From Raja brachyura (taxonomy: Eukaryota), in the NCBI GenBank assembly GCA_963514005.1, contig OY740783.1, forward strand, positions 129,828,001 through 129,892,000: 64,000 bases of DNA. The letters are read 5' to 3'. Positions 21,597 through 35,400 of this stretch are shown here, one piece after another (positions within the stretch are counted from its first letter, which is position 1; every line of letters starts with the position of its first letter). The position numbers were made by a program, and so were the translations under genes. Under the pieces are notes generated by a model. It saw only the letters and a list, made by a program, of their open reading frames with translations. It was not told where the DNA came from and did no database searches.

Positions 21597-24500
21597 GGTG
21601 GGGAGAGTGGGTGAGGGGGGGAGAGTGGGTGAGGGGGGGGGGAGAGTGGGTGAGGGGGGGAGAGTGGGTGAGGGGGGGGGAGAGTGGGTGAGGGGAAAGT
21701 GGGTGAGGGGGGGAGAGTGGGTGAGGGGGAGAATGGGTGAGGGGGGGAGAGTGGGTGGGGGGGAGACAGTGTGTGAGGGGGGGAGAGTGGGTGAGGGGGG
21801 AGTGGAAGAGGGGGGGGAGTGGGTGAGGGGGGGAGTGGGTGAGGGGGGGAAGAGTAGGTGGGGGGGTAGTGTGTGAGGGGGGGGGCGAGTGGGTGAGGGG
21901 GGGAAGAGTGGGTGAGGGGGGGAAGAGTGGGTGGGGGGGGAGTGGGTGAGGGGGGGGCGAGTGGGTGGGAAGAGTGGGTGAGGGGGGAAGAGTGGGTGAG
22001 GGGGGCGAGTGGGTGAGGGGGGAGAGTGGGTGAGGGGGGAGAGTGGGTGAGGGGGGAAGAGTGGGTGAGGGGGGGCGAGTGGGTGAGGGGGGAGAGTGGG
22101 TGAGGGGGGAGAGTGGGTGAGGGGGGAGAGTGGGTGAGGGGGGAAGAGTGGGTGAGGGGGGCGAGTGGGTGAGGGGGGAGAGTGGGTGAGGGGGGAGAGT
22201 GGGTGAGGGGGGAGAGTGGGTGAGGGGGGAAGAGTGGGTGAGGGGGGAAGAGTGGGTGAGGGGGGCGAGTGGGTGAGGGGGGGCGAGTGGGTGAGGGGGG
22301 AGAGTGGGTGAGGGGGGAGAGTGGGTGAGGGGGGAGAGTGGGTGAGGGGGGAGAGTGGGTGAGGGGGAGAGTGGGTGAGGGGAGACAGTGTGTGAGGGGG
22401 GGGAGAGTGGGTGAGGGGGGGGAGTGGAAGAGGGGAGAGTGGGTGAGGGGGGGGACAGTGGGTGAGGGGGGAGAGTGGGTGAGGGGGGAGTGGGTGAGGG
22501 GGGGGGAGTGGGTGAGGGGGGGAGTGGAAGAGGGGGGGAAGAGTGGGTGGGGGGCGAGTGGGTGAGGGGGGGGAGTGGGTGAGGGGGGGGCGAGTGGGTG
22601 GAAAGAGTGGGTGAGGGTGGGAAGAGTGGGTGAGGGTGGGAAGAGTGGGTGAGGGGGGGGCGAGTGGGTGAGGGGGGGCGAGTGGGTGAGGGGGGAGTGG
22701 GTGGGGGGGGAGTGGGTGGGGGGGGAGTGGGTGAGGGGGGGAGGAGTGGGTGAGGGGGGGAGGAGTGGGTGAGGGGGGGAGGAGTGGGTGAGGGGGGGAG
22801 GAGTGGGTGGGTGAGGGGGCGAATGGGTGGGGGGGAGTGGGTGAGGGGGGGAAGAGTGGGTGAGGGGGGGCGAGTGGGTGAGGGGGGAAGAGTGGGTGAG
22901 GGGGGAAGAGTGGGTGAGGGGGGAAGAGTGGGTGAGGGGGGGAAGAGTGGGTGAGGGGGGAAGAGTGGGTGAGGGGGGAAGAGTGGGTGAGGGGGGGGAA
23001 GAGTGGGTGAGGGGGGGAAGAGTGGGTGAGGGGGGGAAGAGTGGGTGAGGGGGAGTGGGTGAGGGGGAGTGGGTGAGGGGGAGTGGGTGAGGGGGGAGTG
23101 GGTGAGGGGGGGCGAGTGGGTGAGGGGGGGGCGAGTGGGTGAGGGGGGGCGAGTGGGTGAGGGGGGGAGTGGGTGAGGGGCGGGAGAGTGGGTGAGGGCG
23201 GGGGAGTGGATGAGGGGGGGAAGAGTGGGTGAGGGGGGGGAGTGGGTGAGGGGGGGGACAGTGTGTGGGGGGGGGAATGGGTGAGGGGAGACATTGTGTG
23301 GGGGGGTGAGTGGGTGAGGGGAGAGCGTTTGTGAGTGGGGAGAGTGGGTGAGGGGGGAGAGTGGGTGAGGCGGGAGAGTGGGTGAGGGGGGAGAGTGGGT
23401 GAGGGGGGAGAGTGGGTGGGGGGAGAGTGGGTGAGGGGGAGAGTGGGTGAGGGGAGACAAGTGGGTGGGGGGGAGAGTGGGTGAGGGGGGAGAGTGGGTG
23501 AGGGGGAGAGTGGGTGAGGGGGGGGAAGAGTAGGTGGGGGGGAGTGTGTGAGAGTGTGTGAGGGGAGGAGTGGGTGAGGGGGGGAGTGAGTGAGGGGAGG
23601 AGTGGGTGAGGGGGGGAGTGAGTGAGGGGAGGAGTGGGTGAGGGGGGGGAAGAGTAGGTGGGGGGGGAGTGGGTGGGGGGGGCGAGTGGGTGAGGGGGGG
23701 AAGAGTGGGTGTGGGGGAGAGTGGGTGGGGGGGGGAAGAGTAGGTGGGGGGGAGTGTGTGAGAGTGGGTGAGGGGAGGAGTGGGTGAGGGGGGGGGAGTG
23801 AGTGAGGGGGGGAGTGGGTGAGGGGGGGGAAGAGTAGGTGGGGGGGAGTGTGTGGGGGGGGGCGAGTGGGTGAGGGGGGGAAGAGTGGGTGGGGGGCGAG
23901 TGGGTGAGGGGGGGCGAGTGGGTGAGGGGGGGCGAGTGGGTGAGGGGGGGGAGTGGGTGAGGGGGGGAAGTGGATGAAGGGGAGTGGGTGAGGGGGGGAG
24001 TGGGTGAGGGGGGAGTGGGTGAGGGGGGGGGAGTGGATTGGGGGGGCGAGTGGGTGAGGGGGGGGGAGTGGGTGAGGGGGGGAAGAGTGGGTGAGGGGGG
24101 GAAGAGTGGGTGAGGGGGGGAAGAGTGGGTGGGGGGGGAGTGGGTGAGGGGGGGGAGTGGGTGAGGGGAGAGTGGGTGGGTGAGGGGAGAGTGGGTGTGT
24201 GAGGGGGAGCGAGTGGGTGTGTGAGGGGGAGCGAGTGGGCGAGGGAGGGGCGAGTGGGCGAGGGGGGGAGTGGGTGAGGGGGGGAGTGGGTGAGGGGGGG
24301 GCGAGTGGGTGAGGGGGGGGGCGAGTGGGTGAGGGGGGGGCGAGTGGGTGAGGGGGGGGCGAGTGGGTGAGGGGGGGGAGTGGGTGAGGGGGGGAGTGGG
24401 TGAGGGGGGGGAGTGGGTGAGGGGAGAGTGGGTGTGTGAGGGGAGAGTGGGTGTGTGAGGGGGAGGGAGTGGGTGAGGGAGGGGCGAGTGGGCGAGGGGG

Positions 24501-24700
24501 GGGAGTGGGTGAGGGGGGGAGTGGGTGAGGGGGGGGAGTGGGTGGGGGGGAGTGGGTGAGGGGGGTCGAGTGGGTGAGGGAGGGGCGAGTGGGTGGTAGG
24601 GGAGTGGGTGAGGGGGGGGAAGAGTGGGTGAGGGGAGAGAGTGTGAGGGGGGGAGAGTGGGTGAGGGGGGGAGTGGGTGAGGGGGGGAGTGGGTGAGGGG
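21597..24700. repeat. G-rich minisatellite, about 3.1 kb, unit about GAGTGGGTGAG(G)n, 15-20 bp
   Basis: Directly visible; the + strand is almost free of C. Confidence 0.98.
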
Positions 24701-24813
24701 TTGGAGATTGCCTTTGGGCTGTAACTTTGATGAATCTTTATTATTCTACATTTGTTATCCAATGTGGATGTCAGCCATTACCTTAATCTTTTCTCATCTC
24801 TTTATTCCTGCAG

Positions 24814-24832
24814 TGTTTTCATCCGTAATGAG
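24814..24832 (+). CDS. Candidate cytoplasmic micro-exon (VFSSVMR)
   Basis: Long pyrimidine tract + CTGCAG acceptor, GAG|GTCAGT donor, in non-repeat DNA; phase 1 to 2. Confidence 0.55.
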
Positions 24833-24883
24833 GTCAGTCACATTTTCAAAAAGGTAATAGGGGACATGAATCCAAGGCTAAGC

Positions 24884-25195
24884 GGGGTGGCATGGTGGCG
24901 CAGCGGGTAGAGCTGCTGCCTCACAGCGCCAGAGACCCGGGTTCGATCCTGACTACGGGTGCCGTCTGTACGGAATTTGTACGTTCTCCTCGTGACCGCA
25001 TGGGTTTTCTCCGGGTGCTACGGTTTCCTCGCACACTCCAAAGACGTACGGCATTGTAGGATAATAGGCTTCTCTGCATTGTAAATTGTCCCTAGTAGAG
25101 TGGGTAGGATAGTGCTCGTAAACTGCCGATCGCTGGTCGGCGCTGACTCGCTGGGCCGAAGGGCCTGTTTCCACGCTGTGTGACTAAACTAAAGT
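24884..25195 (+). mobile_element. V-SINE
   Basis: A/B boxes, core and tail. Confidence 0.85.
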
Positions 25196-25533
25196 GTAAA
25201 GTCTTGCGTCGCACTTTTTCACACTGGGTTAAAAGGTTTTGACAGTCTACCATATCCATGCCTCTCATTATTGTACATCATACAGGTGTACGGGTTTGTA
25301 GGTTAATTGGTTGGTCAAATTGTAAAATGTCCCTACTGCATAGGGTAGTGCTAGTGTACAGCACGGACTCAGTGGGCCGAAGGGCCTGTTTCCGCACTCT
25401 ATCTCCAAAGTAAAATTTCATATACTCGCCCTCCGAGATCTGTGGTGTGAGCAGGAAGTTGAGATGCGCAGGTTGCCATGAGATTTCCTGGACGTTTTAT
25501 GTGATTTCCTCACGTTGGTTCCTCTCTCTGTAG

Positions 25534-25603
25534 GAGTGCTGTGAATCCGGATGACACTGGCCGAGGGGAACAGCTGCAGAGTGCCACAAGACAGCTACCA
25601 TAG
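25534..25603 (+). CDS. Candidate cytoplasmic exon running into a Rex1 insertion ([22 protein letters not shown])
   Basis: TTCCTCTCTCTGTAG acceptor; open in phase 2, matching the preceding micro-exon; stop TAG at 25601-25603 lies in Rex1 sequence. Confidence 0.5.
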
Positions 25604-27989
25604 TGCCGGTGCCGACAAAGTCTAAAGTCACCAATCTGAATGACTATCGCCCGGTTGCCCTAACTCCAATACCAATGAAGTGCTTTGAAAGGCTGGTCCT
25701 CTCCCACATCAAATCCATTATTAAGCCATAATTAAGGAAGCCTTTTTGGAACAAAGTCAGCTCAGAGCTGGCTTCCATTGTTCCAAAATAATCAATTCTG
25801 CATTCGGTTTCAGTTTTATTTTGAATAATTTTGTAAAAATTTCAAAGATATCATTCCAGAATTTTTGGATTTTTATGCAAAAAACAAAGGAATGAGCTAT
25901 GGTTGCTTCTTGGGATAGACATTTATCACAAATTGGGGAGACATTTGTTTTGAATAATATAGTCTATGTAAGGTTTTAAATTGGATTAAAATATGTCTTA
26001 CATTGATCGAGCATTTATGCACATATAGCAAGTGTTTGTCCCAACTCTCTTTCAAGATTTTTATAGCTAGTTCTTGTTCCCAATCTCTTCTAATTCTATC
26101 AGATGATGATATTTCTATATTTAGGATAATATTATACGTATGATATTAAATTAGTTGAATCTGCCTTTATATTCGTTGCTTCGTCTAATAAGCCTGGAGA
26201 CAAATTTTGATATTCTTGTGTATATTTTTTCAAATAATCACGAATTTGAAAATATTTAATATATTGATTACTTTTCCGATTGTATTTAAGTTGTAGTTGC
26301 TGGAATGATAAGAAATTTCCATTTTCATACATATCTCCGAACGTTTTAATTCCTATTCTTTCCCAATATGTAAATGATTTATCAATACTAGAAGCTTTAA
26401 ACGAGGGATTATTAACCATAGGGGTGAGAAGTGATACGTTTTGTAATTTAAGGGTTAATTTTATTTGTTTCCAAATTCTAATAGTACTATGAATAATTGG
26501 ATTTTCACTATATATTGTTTTATTCAGTTTTGTTGGTGAGAGAAGGATCACTCCTATATTAAAAAGGGCGCAATCCTCTCTCTCCATTACTATCCAATCC
26601 GCCCACTGGGCAGAGTCGTCCAACAAGTGAATCACATTTTTGACGTTTGCTGCCCAATAATGATACCAAAAATTAGGGAGTGTTAATCCACCAAATTCTT
26701 TAGGTTTGCACAAATGTCTACTTTGAATTCTATGAGATTTATAGTCCCATATAAAATTTATAATATCAGAATCCAGTTTTGTTTTTAAACTTTTTAGATA
26801 AGTATATTGGTATTGATTGGAATAGATATAAAATTTGTGGTAAAAAGATAATTTTTATAGCATTTATTCGTCCTATTAAAAACATCGGAAGAGTTTTCCA
26901 AAACTTAATCAGGGTGTTTAATTTGTTACGTAGGGGCATATAGTTTGCATTAAATAAAGATTTATATTTGCTGGTAATTTCAATTCCCAAATATTTAACT
27001 GGGCCCGCACCTGTCCTCCACTATCACCCTGAGCACCGGCACACCACAGGGCTGTGCACTGAGCCCCATGTTCTACTCCCTCTTCACACACGACTGTGTT
27101 CCTGCATTCGACACCAACACCATAGTCAAGTCGGGCAGATCACCAACGGTGATGAAACAAAATACAGAGCGGTGGTGCAGAACCTGGCGGACTGGTGCTT
27201 ACTTAACAACTTGTCACTAAACACCTCCAAGACCAAGGAGCTGATTATCGACTTCAGGAGATCACGAAATGAGGAATACGCCCCAATCTCCATCTACGAG
27301 GACAGTGTGGAAAGAGTGCCCAGCTTTAAATTTCTGGGCACTCACATCTCAGAGGACCTCACATGGTCCACCAACACCGCTGCGCTGGTCAAGAAGGCAC
27401 AGCAACAACTGTGCTTCTTGAGAACATTGAAAAAGACTGGTCTGCCCCAGCAGCTGCTGACAACCTTCTACCGCTGCACGACAGAGAGCATACTAACGTA
27501 TGGCATCTCTGTGTGGTATCTCAGCTGCATGGAGGCGGAGAGCAGAGCTCTTCAGCGCGTCGTCCACAGAGCGCAGAGGATTATTGGGACACAGCTACCA
27601 GCCTTGGAGGTCATCTGCCACACACAGTGCCTCAGGAAAGCCGTCAGCATCCATAAAGACTCCTCACACTCTTGTAATGGACTGTTCGAACTACTTCCTT
27701 CCGGAAGGCGTTACAAGGCCTTCTACGCCCGCACCTCCAGACTCAGGAACAGCTTCATTCCCAGAGCTATAGCAGCTCTGAACCGGCCCTGCTGAGTGCC
27801 CCCCCCCACCCATGGACTGTCTCCCAAGGATGGTCACGTCGCACAGACACATCTGCACTTTAGTCTGTTCTGACTGTTTTACTGTTTTAATGTTCTTTTT
27901 ACAAACCATGTTCTCGGGGTATCTAAATCTAAATTGTAGTAGTTATTTAAGTTATGACATCGGATGTAAGCTGCATATATTATTATTAT
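25588..27989 (+). mobile_element. 5'-truncated Rex1 LINE containing an inverted L1 fragment
   Basis: [31 protein letters not shown] from 25588; RT C-terminal ORF to 27795 (LNTSKTKELIIDFR..LPSGRRY..RLRNSF); (TAT)n tail. Confidence 0.9.
25719..26998 (-). mobile_element. L1-clade LINE ORF2 internal fragment
   Basis: ORFs 26766-26990 (GRINAIK..LPQILYLFQ) and 26132-26713 (GGLTLPNF..YWAA) are homologous to ORF2 at 32418-36200. Confidence 0.88.
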
Positions 27990-28458
27990 GATTCAGGTAC
28001 TGAGCGAGCACCATCTACCCTGCCTAAGGCAGCAAGCAGACCAAACCTACAGGAGGGCTACAGGTAGCAAATGGAGGGTGGAGACAGTCCGGGACTGCAC
28101 ACGAGGAAATGCAGATGCTGGTTTGCAAAATAAAAGACACAAAGTGCTAGAATAACTGGGGCGGCACAGTGGCATAGCATCGGAGTCGCTGCCTTGCAGC
28201 GGCAGAGACCCGGGTTCGATCACGGCTACAGATGCTGCCTGTGCTTTCAAGAGAGAGCTGGATAGGGCTCTTAAAGATAGCGGAGTCAGGGGATATGGGG
28301 AAAAGGCAGGAACGGGGTACTGATTGGGGATTATCAGCCATGATCACATGAATGGTGGTGCTGGCTCGAAGGGCCGATTGGCCTACTCCTGCACCTATTG
28401 TCTATTGTCTACTGAGTTTGTACGTTCTCCCCGTGACCACGTGGGTTTTCTCCGCGTG

Positions 28459-28810
28459 TGTAATTATACTAAAGCTTACCCCCTTTAGTCTCGTTCAGTA
28501 AAACACTGAGTGAAACGCCAGATCACTATTCTTTATTTCCAACAATAACAAACTCCCTATACAATGCCTAACCAATCGCGGGTCCGATCCTTGTCTCTGC
28601 TTGTTTAAGCCCTTCAGCCTTGTGCAAGCAGACACCTCCAAATGTTTACGCAGTCCAAAGCGCCCCTCCAGAAGATGGGCTCCAACCCTCATGGGGTCCA
28701 CTCTTTTATAGGTCATCGGACCGTGTGGCGCCCCTACAAACCAATCACAAATATTGATTACATTGTACTATTGACAGTTCCCTAACCCAATTACAAAGTA
28801 ACCCATTACA
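28459..28810 (-). mobile_element. Probable solo LTR
   Basis: TGTAAT...ATTACA termini; minus-strand TATAAAAG and AATAAA; CCAAT boxes; homologous to 60823-61222. Confidence 0.62.
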
Positions 28811-29329
28811 AACTAAAACTAAAAAACTCAGCTGGTCTGGCAGAGCCTTTGTCTGAAGAAGGGTCTTGACCGGAAACATCACCCATTCTTTTTCTCCAGA
28901 GATGCTGCCTGTCCCGTTGAGTTACTCCGGCATTTTGTGTCCATCTCTGGAAAACATAGATGGGTGACGTTTCGGGCCGGGACCCGCCTGAACGTTTACA
29001 TTTAGGTTTATTATTGTCATGTGTACAGAGGTACCGGGAAAAGCGTTTTTTGGCATCCTATCCAAACAGATCGGATATACCACATGTAAATACAATCAGT
29101 TCAAAGTCCAGTACAATAGGTAGAGCAAAGGGAAAGATACAGAGTGCAGAATATAGTTCTCAGCATTGTAGCGCATCACTTCCAGAGACAAAGTCCAATG
29201 TCCGCAATGGGGTAGAGGTAAATCGGACAGCACCCCAGCTTATGGAAGTACCGTTCAGAAGCCTGATAACAGAGGGGAAGAAGCTGTTCCTGAGTCTGGT
29301 GGTGCGCAAGTCACCAACAGCACCTGTAA

Positions 29330-31590
29330 CCATATAACAATATAACCATATAACAATTACAGCACGGAAACAGGCCCTCTCGGCCCTTCCAGTCCGTGCC
29401 GACCATTTATTTTCCCCTAGTCCCATCTACCTGCACTCAGAACATACCCCTCCATTCCTTTCCTGTCCATATACCTATCCACTTTACTTTTAAATGTTAA
29501 AATCGATCCTGCCTCCACCACTTCTGCTGGAAGCTCATTCCACACAGCCACCACTCTCTGAGTAAAGAAGTTCCCCCTCATGTTACCCCTAAACGTCTGT
29601 CCCTTAATTCTCATGTCATGCCCTCTTGTTTGAATCTTACCTACCCTCAATGGGAAAAGCTTATCCACGTCAACTCTGTCTATCCCTTTGATAATTTTAA
29701 AGACCTCAATCAAGTCCCCCCTTAACCTTCTGCGCTCCAAAGAATAAAGACCAAACTTGTTCAACCTTTCTCTGTAACTTAGTTGCTTGAACCCAGGCAA
29801 CATTCTAGTAAATCTCCTCTCTAGACGGATTTATATAGGCAATCATGGGAAAATGAATTGGGTCAAACAATTAGACCAGAAATTTGGGATGAAAGCTTAC
29901 AACATATACATCATTGTTCGTTAAATACTAGACATTCTTTAATACATTTTAAAGTATTACATAGATTGCATTATTCAAACACAAAACTGAATAGAATTTT
30001 TCCAAATGTTTCCCCTATTTGTGATAAATGTCAACACTTAGAGGCTAACCTATTGAACTCATTCGTAAGTTGTATAAAAATTAATAATTTTTGGATGGAC
30101 ATTTTTAAGATAATCTCAGAAGTCGTCAATACCAAACTGTTTCCTGAATCAAAATTAATAATATTAGGAATAACGGAACCAAATCAATTCATTATTTCGA
30201 ATCAAAGAACTTTTATTGATTATAGTTTAATAATTGGGAAAAAATTAATATTAAAATTTTGGAAAGGCTCTATAACCCCCACAATTAAAATGTGGACCAC
30301 AGAAATGTCGGAGACCCTATATTTGGAAAGAATAAGATTTGTCTTAATGGACAAACAAGAACTATTTAAAATAATATGGTCCCCATTTATTGAATATTTG
30401 CAGGGGCAAACTGGTTCGTCACGAGAACCCGACTGAAACCAGAATCAAAGAATAGATGAAGTAGTACATTTCATAAAACGCGGATATATCTCCAACTATG
30501 CAAAATCTGTAGAACTTTCCAGTCTTTCCCAACTTTTTATATATATATTTTTTTATTTAATCTTTCTCTACTATTTTCTATCTTTATAAAAAATGGAAAA
30601 AATATATAGAAGCACAATTATTATGCAATCATTAATATAAATATTACTGATTATGTATATCTACAAACAACAAAATGATTTTTATTATGTCAACAATGAA
30701 CACGCACCTTTTTTATTATGTAATTGCTTCTAATTAATAAAAAAAATTAACAAAAAAAATCTCCTCTGTATTCTCTCTATTTTGTTGACATCCTTCCTAT
30801 AATTAGGCAACCAAAATTGTACACCATACTCCAGAATTGGTCTCACCAATGCCTTGTACAATTTTAACATGACTTCCCTACTCCTATATTCAATGCTCTG
30901 ATTTATAAAGGCCAGCACACCAAAAGCTTTCTTTACCACCCTATCTACATGCAATTCCACCTTCAGGGAACTATGCACAGTTATTCCTAGATCCCTCTGT
31001 TCCACAGCATTCCTCAATTCCCTACCATTTACCATGTACGTCCTATTTTGATTTGTCCTGCCAAGATGTAGCACCTCACACTTACAATTCCCCCTTTAAA
31101 TGTCCTCCATTTCTCTTCTACATCCTTCCCATAAAACAAAATGTCCCAATTCACTCCTTTTAATTCCTTACGCATTCCCTCAAAGTTAAGCTTTCTCCAA
31201 TAAAAAATCTCAACCCTCGGTCCAGTTCTGACTCTCTCCATAATTATATTGAAACTAATGGTATTGTGATCACTGGTCCCGAAGTGCTCACCAATGCATA
31301 CCTCCATCACCTGACCTGCCTCATTTCCTAACAGGAGGTCCAGCTCTGCCCCTTCTCTGGTCGATACCTCTATGTATTGCTGCAAAAAACTATCCAGCCC
31401 ACATTTTACAAACTCCCAACCATCCAGCCCATTCACAGAATGGGTTTCCCAGTCTATTTTTGGAAAATTGAAATCTCCCACAATCACTACCTTATGCTTA
31501 CTAATAATATCTGCGATCTCCTTACATATTTGCTCTTCCAATTCTCGCTCCCCATTTGGCGGTCTATAATACACCCCTAAAAGTGTTGCT
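29330..31590 (-). mobile_element. CR1 LINE, internally deleted, with nested L1 fragment
   Basis: YYRPP/VGDFN (31029-31574), RDLG..YKALVRP.LEY (30730-31074), LERRRLRGDLIE (29417-29803). Confidence 0.9.
29821..30756 (+). mobile_element. 5'-truncated L1-clade LINE with 11-bp TSD
   Basis: ORF 29858-30436 is an ORF2 C-terminus (FKVLHRLHY..CDKC); AATAAA + A tail; TSD AAATCTCCTCT at 29810-29820 and 30757-30767. Confidence 0.9.
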
Positions 31591-32417
31591 ACACCGTTCC
31601 CACTTCTCAGTTCCTGTAGTCAGGATCAAACCCGACTCGGTAAGGCTGCAAGGCAGCAACTCTACTGCTGCACCATTGTGCCACCCATTTTTACTTTTAT
31701 ACATGAATATAATCAAGCCAAACCTAAACACTAAGGGTAAAGGGAAGAGAAAGATACCAGATTGCAGAATACAGTTTCTCAGTATTGTCGCGTATCAGTT
31801 CCATAAAAAGTGCAATGAGGTAGGTTGGAAGATCAGGACTGCACCCTAACTTATGGAAGGACCATTCAGAAGTCTGTAATTAAGGGCCACAGAAACAAAC
31901 AACCTGGGTCGTGGGGTGAATTCACAAGGCTCTGAGGGAAAGGATAAATTTAGTGGGAAGAGGGGCTAGCACCAACTCGATGGGTGGATTCCCTGCAAGG
32001 ATTCTTTTTTTTTTTTGTTTAATTTCTTTTATTAGAAGTAATCAATTTACAATAGTGTAAACATTGTACAAACATCAACTTAATTCCATATTTTTTTAAA
32101 TAACCCGTGAAAAGTTATTATCTTCTATTTTTTTAGGAAATAAAGATAAGGATAGAGTAGTTTTAAATCAATAAGAGAGTGATTAAATAATAATTTGATT
32201 ATATAAAAGAGAAAAAGAAAATAGAGAAAGGAAAAAAGGTTAACAAAAAGTGAAAAGATATTATATATATATATAAATGAAAATCAACAAAATATATTGT
32301 ATCTAAAACTATTACAAATAATAATATCAATGAAGACATGCCTATTAATCCTAGTATAAGAATATGTTATTCTCATCGTCCCGCAGGGTACCCGTCAAGC
32401 TGTGATGTCAAGAACAG

Positions 32418-35400
32418 CTACTTCTCTAGATACTGTATATATGGAGACCATATTTGTTCGAAGGTACTATATTTGTCCAATAGGACAAATCTGATTCTTT
32501 CTAATTGTAACGTCTCCAACATTTCTGCTGCCCACATTTTAATTGTGGGGGTTAATGTTCCCTTCCAAAATTTCAATATGATTTTTTTCCCTATTATCAA
32601 ACAGTAATCAAATAAATTTCTTTGATTTACTGTAAGTACCGAATTTGAATCCAAAATTCCAAGTATTAATAACTTTGGGTCTGGATCCAATCTAATTTTA
32701 AGAACCTCAGAAATAACCTTAAAATTTTCTGTCCAGTAGTGATTCAATTTGGGACATGTAGCAAAACTGTGTGTTAAATTTGCTTCTAAATTCTTATATT
32801 TATCACAAATTGAAGAGAGATTGGGAAAGATACTATTTAATTTAGTTTTTGAATAATGTAATCTATATAATACTTTGAATTGTATCAATGTATGTCTGGC
32901 ATTTAACGAACACCGATGTATTTGCTGTAAACTTTCTTCCCAATTTTCTTTTGTTATGGATAAACCAATTTCATTCTCCCATGCTTGACGATATGTTTCA
33001 GTTGTCGGATTCTCCTTATCCAAAATTATGTTATATATATAGGCTATTAATTTTTCTGTATTTGTGTGCAAATTAAACAAATCATCTAATAATCCTGGTA
33101 CTTTATTTTTATAATCTTGTGTGTTGGATTTTATATAATCTCTAATTTGTAAGTACCTAAACAAGTGTTGCGGAGACAATCTGTAGATATCTTGTAACTC
33201 TTGGAATAAAAGAAATTTTCCTTTTCTATAAAGGTGCTCTATCCTTTTAATTCCTAAATCATCCCAATGTCTAAACCCTCCATCCAATATAGAGGGTTTA
33301 AATAATGGGTTATTCGTTATTGGTAGTCTGAGTGAGAGATTATCTAGCTGTAAAGTCTTAACTATTTGTTTCCAAATACGTCTATTATTATAAATTATAG
33401 GGTTGTCCCTATAAATTTTTTTTTGTACTTCCTTTGGGGCAAAGAGAATCGAGCCTACATTATAAGGTAAACAATCTCCCTTTTCCATCTTTAACCACAT
33501 TGGTTCATGATCCATATTTACCCACCAAAAATTCATATTCTTAATCTGGACTGCCCAAAAATAATATAAAAAATTTGGAAGTGCTAGTCCTCCGTTTATC
33601 TTAGATTTACATAAATGTTTTTTACTTATTCTATGATTTTTATAATCCCAAATAAAACTATAAATAATATTATCTTTTTTTTTTTAAGTCTTTGGGAGAA
33701 AAAAAGGAATAGCCTGAAACAAATATAATAATTGTGGTAAAAACACCATCTTTATAGCATTTATTCTACCAATCATGGATATAGGAAGTGTTTTCCAATA
33801 CAGAATATTTTTTTTAAGTTTATCTAATAATAGAGGGTAATTAGATTTAATTAGTGAATTATAAGATTTAGTTACATTAATTCCTAAATATTTAAATTTA
33901 TCTGTAACTATTTTTAATGGATATTGTTGTAATATATTTAAATTAATTCCTGTTATAGGCATAATATCACTTTTGTTCCAATTAATCCTAAATCCTGAAA
34001 ATGTGCCAAATTTTGTTATAACATTAAACAGCTCAGGTATACTAATTTCCGGTTTTGTAAATTAAACCAAAACGTCATCTGCATATAAAGATATTTTGTT
34101 AGTTGTTGTGTCAGTATTATAGCCATAGATTTCAGGATCAGATCTGATTCTTTCCGCCAAAGGCTCTATCATCAAAGCAAATAGTAAAGGCGATAACGGA
34201 CATCCCTGTCTACATCCCCTAGAGAGCTTAAATTTAGCTGATAATATTTGATTAGTTAAGATTCTTGCCGTTGGATTCAAATATAAAATTCTTATCCATT
34301 TACAGAATCTATCCCCCAATTGAAACTTTTCCATTGTATTAAATAAATATAACCATTCCACCTGATCGAATGCCTTTTCTGCATCTAGCGATACAACTGC
34401 TAATTCCCTGTCCCGTACTCTTTTTGAATATATAATATTAAACAAGCGTCTGAGATTATGGGATGAATAGCGTTTTGGAATAAAACCTGTTTGATCATGA
34501 TGTATTAATTTAGAAATCACTAAACTTAATCTCTGAGATAAAACTTTAGTTAATATTTTTTGGTCTGTATTTAGAAGTGCGATCGCTCTATATGATCCTG
34601 GATCTTCCAAATCCTTATCTACCTTAGGAATGAGTGTAATTGTGGATTCGTTTAAAGATTCTGGTAATTTGCCTTGTTCATATGCATATCTATATACTGT
34701 ATATAATCTTGGGGAAATCAGGTCTAGAAATTTTTTATAAAATTCTGCATTCAGGCCATCAGGGCCCGCTGCTTTTCCATTCTTTAACGAACTAATTGAT
34801 TCTTCAATATCTTTTACTGTTATTTCAGCGTTTAACAAATGTCTACCTTCCTGATCTAGACTGTTAATTTGACACTCTTGTAGGAATGTTTCCATACCAA
34901 CTGTTTGTCCTGTTAATTTAGATGAATAAAGATTTTGATAATATTGTAGAAATCTATCATTAATATCTTTTGGTATCGTCAATATATTTCCATCCGCAGA
35001 TCTAATTCTATGTATCAATTTTTCATCTTCTAATTTTCTAAGTTGTCTTGCTAGCAGTTTTTGTGGTTTGTCTCCAAACTCAAAGTGCACTTGTTTGGTT
35101 TGTTGAAATAGTTTAATGACTTGGTTAGAATATATTTTATTTAGTCTATATTTTGCTATTGCAATTTTATTACTTAGCTCTTTTGAAGGGCGTTTTATGT
35201 TTTCACTATCTAGTTGTTTTATCTCATTTTCTAACCTTTGTTCCATCTTTCTATTTTCTTTATTAAAATAAGCCTGTGCTGATATTATTGCACCACGCAT
35301 AAATGCTTTAAATGTGTCCCAGAGTAACGATGGTGAAATCTCAGGTTTGTCATTAGTTTCAAAAAATAGTTTAATCTGTTCCATTACATGTTTACAACAG

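Noticed and set aside
21535-24762. 1075-aa and 567-aa Pro-rich ORFs
   Set aside because: Translations of the G-rich minisatellite; open only because that strand of the unit lacks stop codons.
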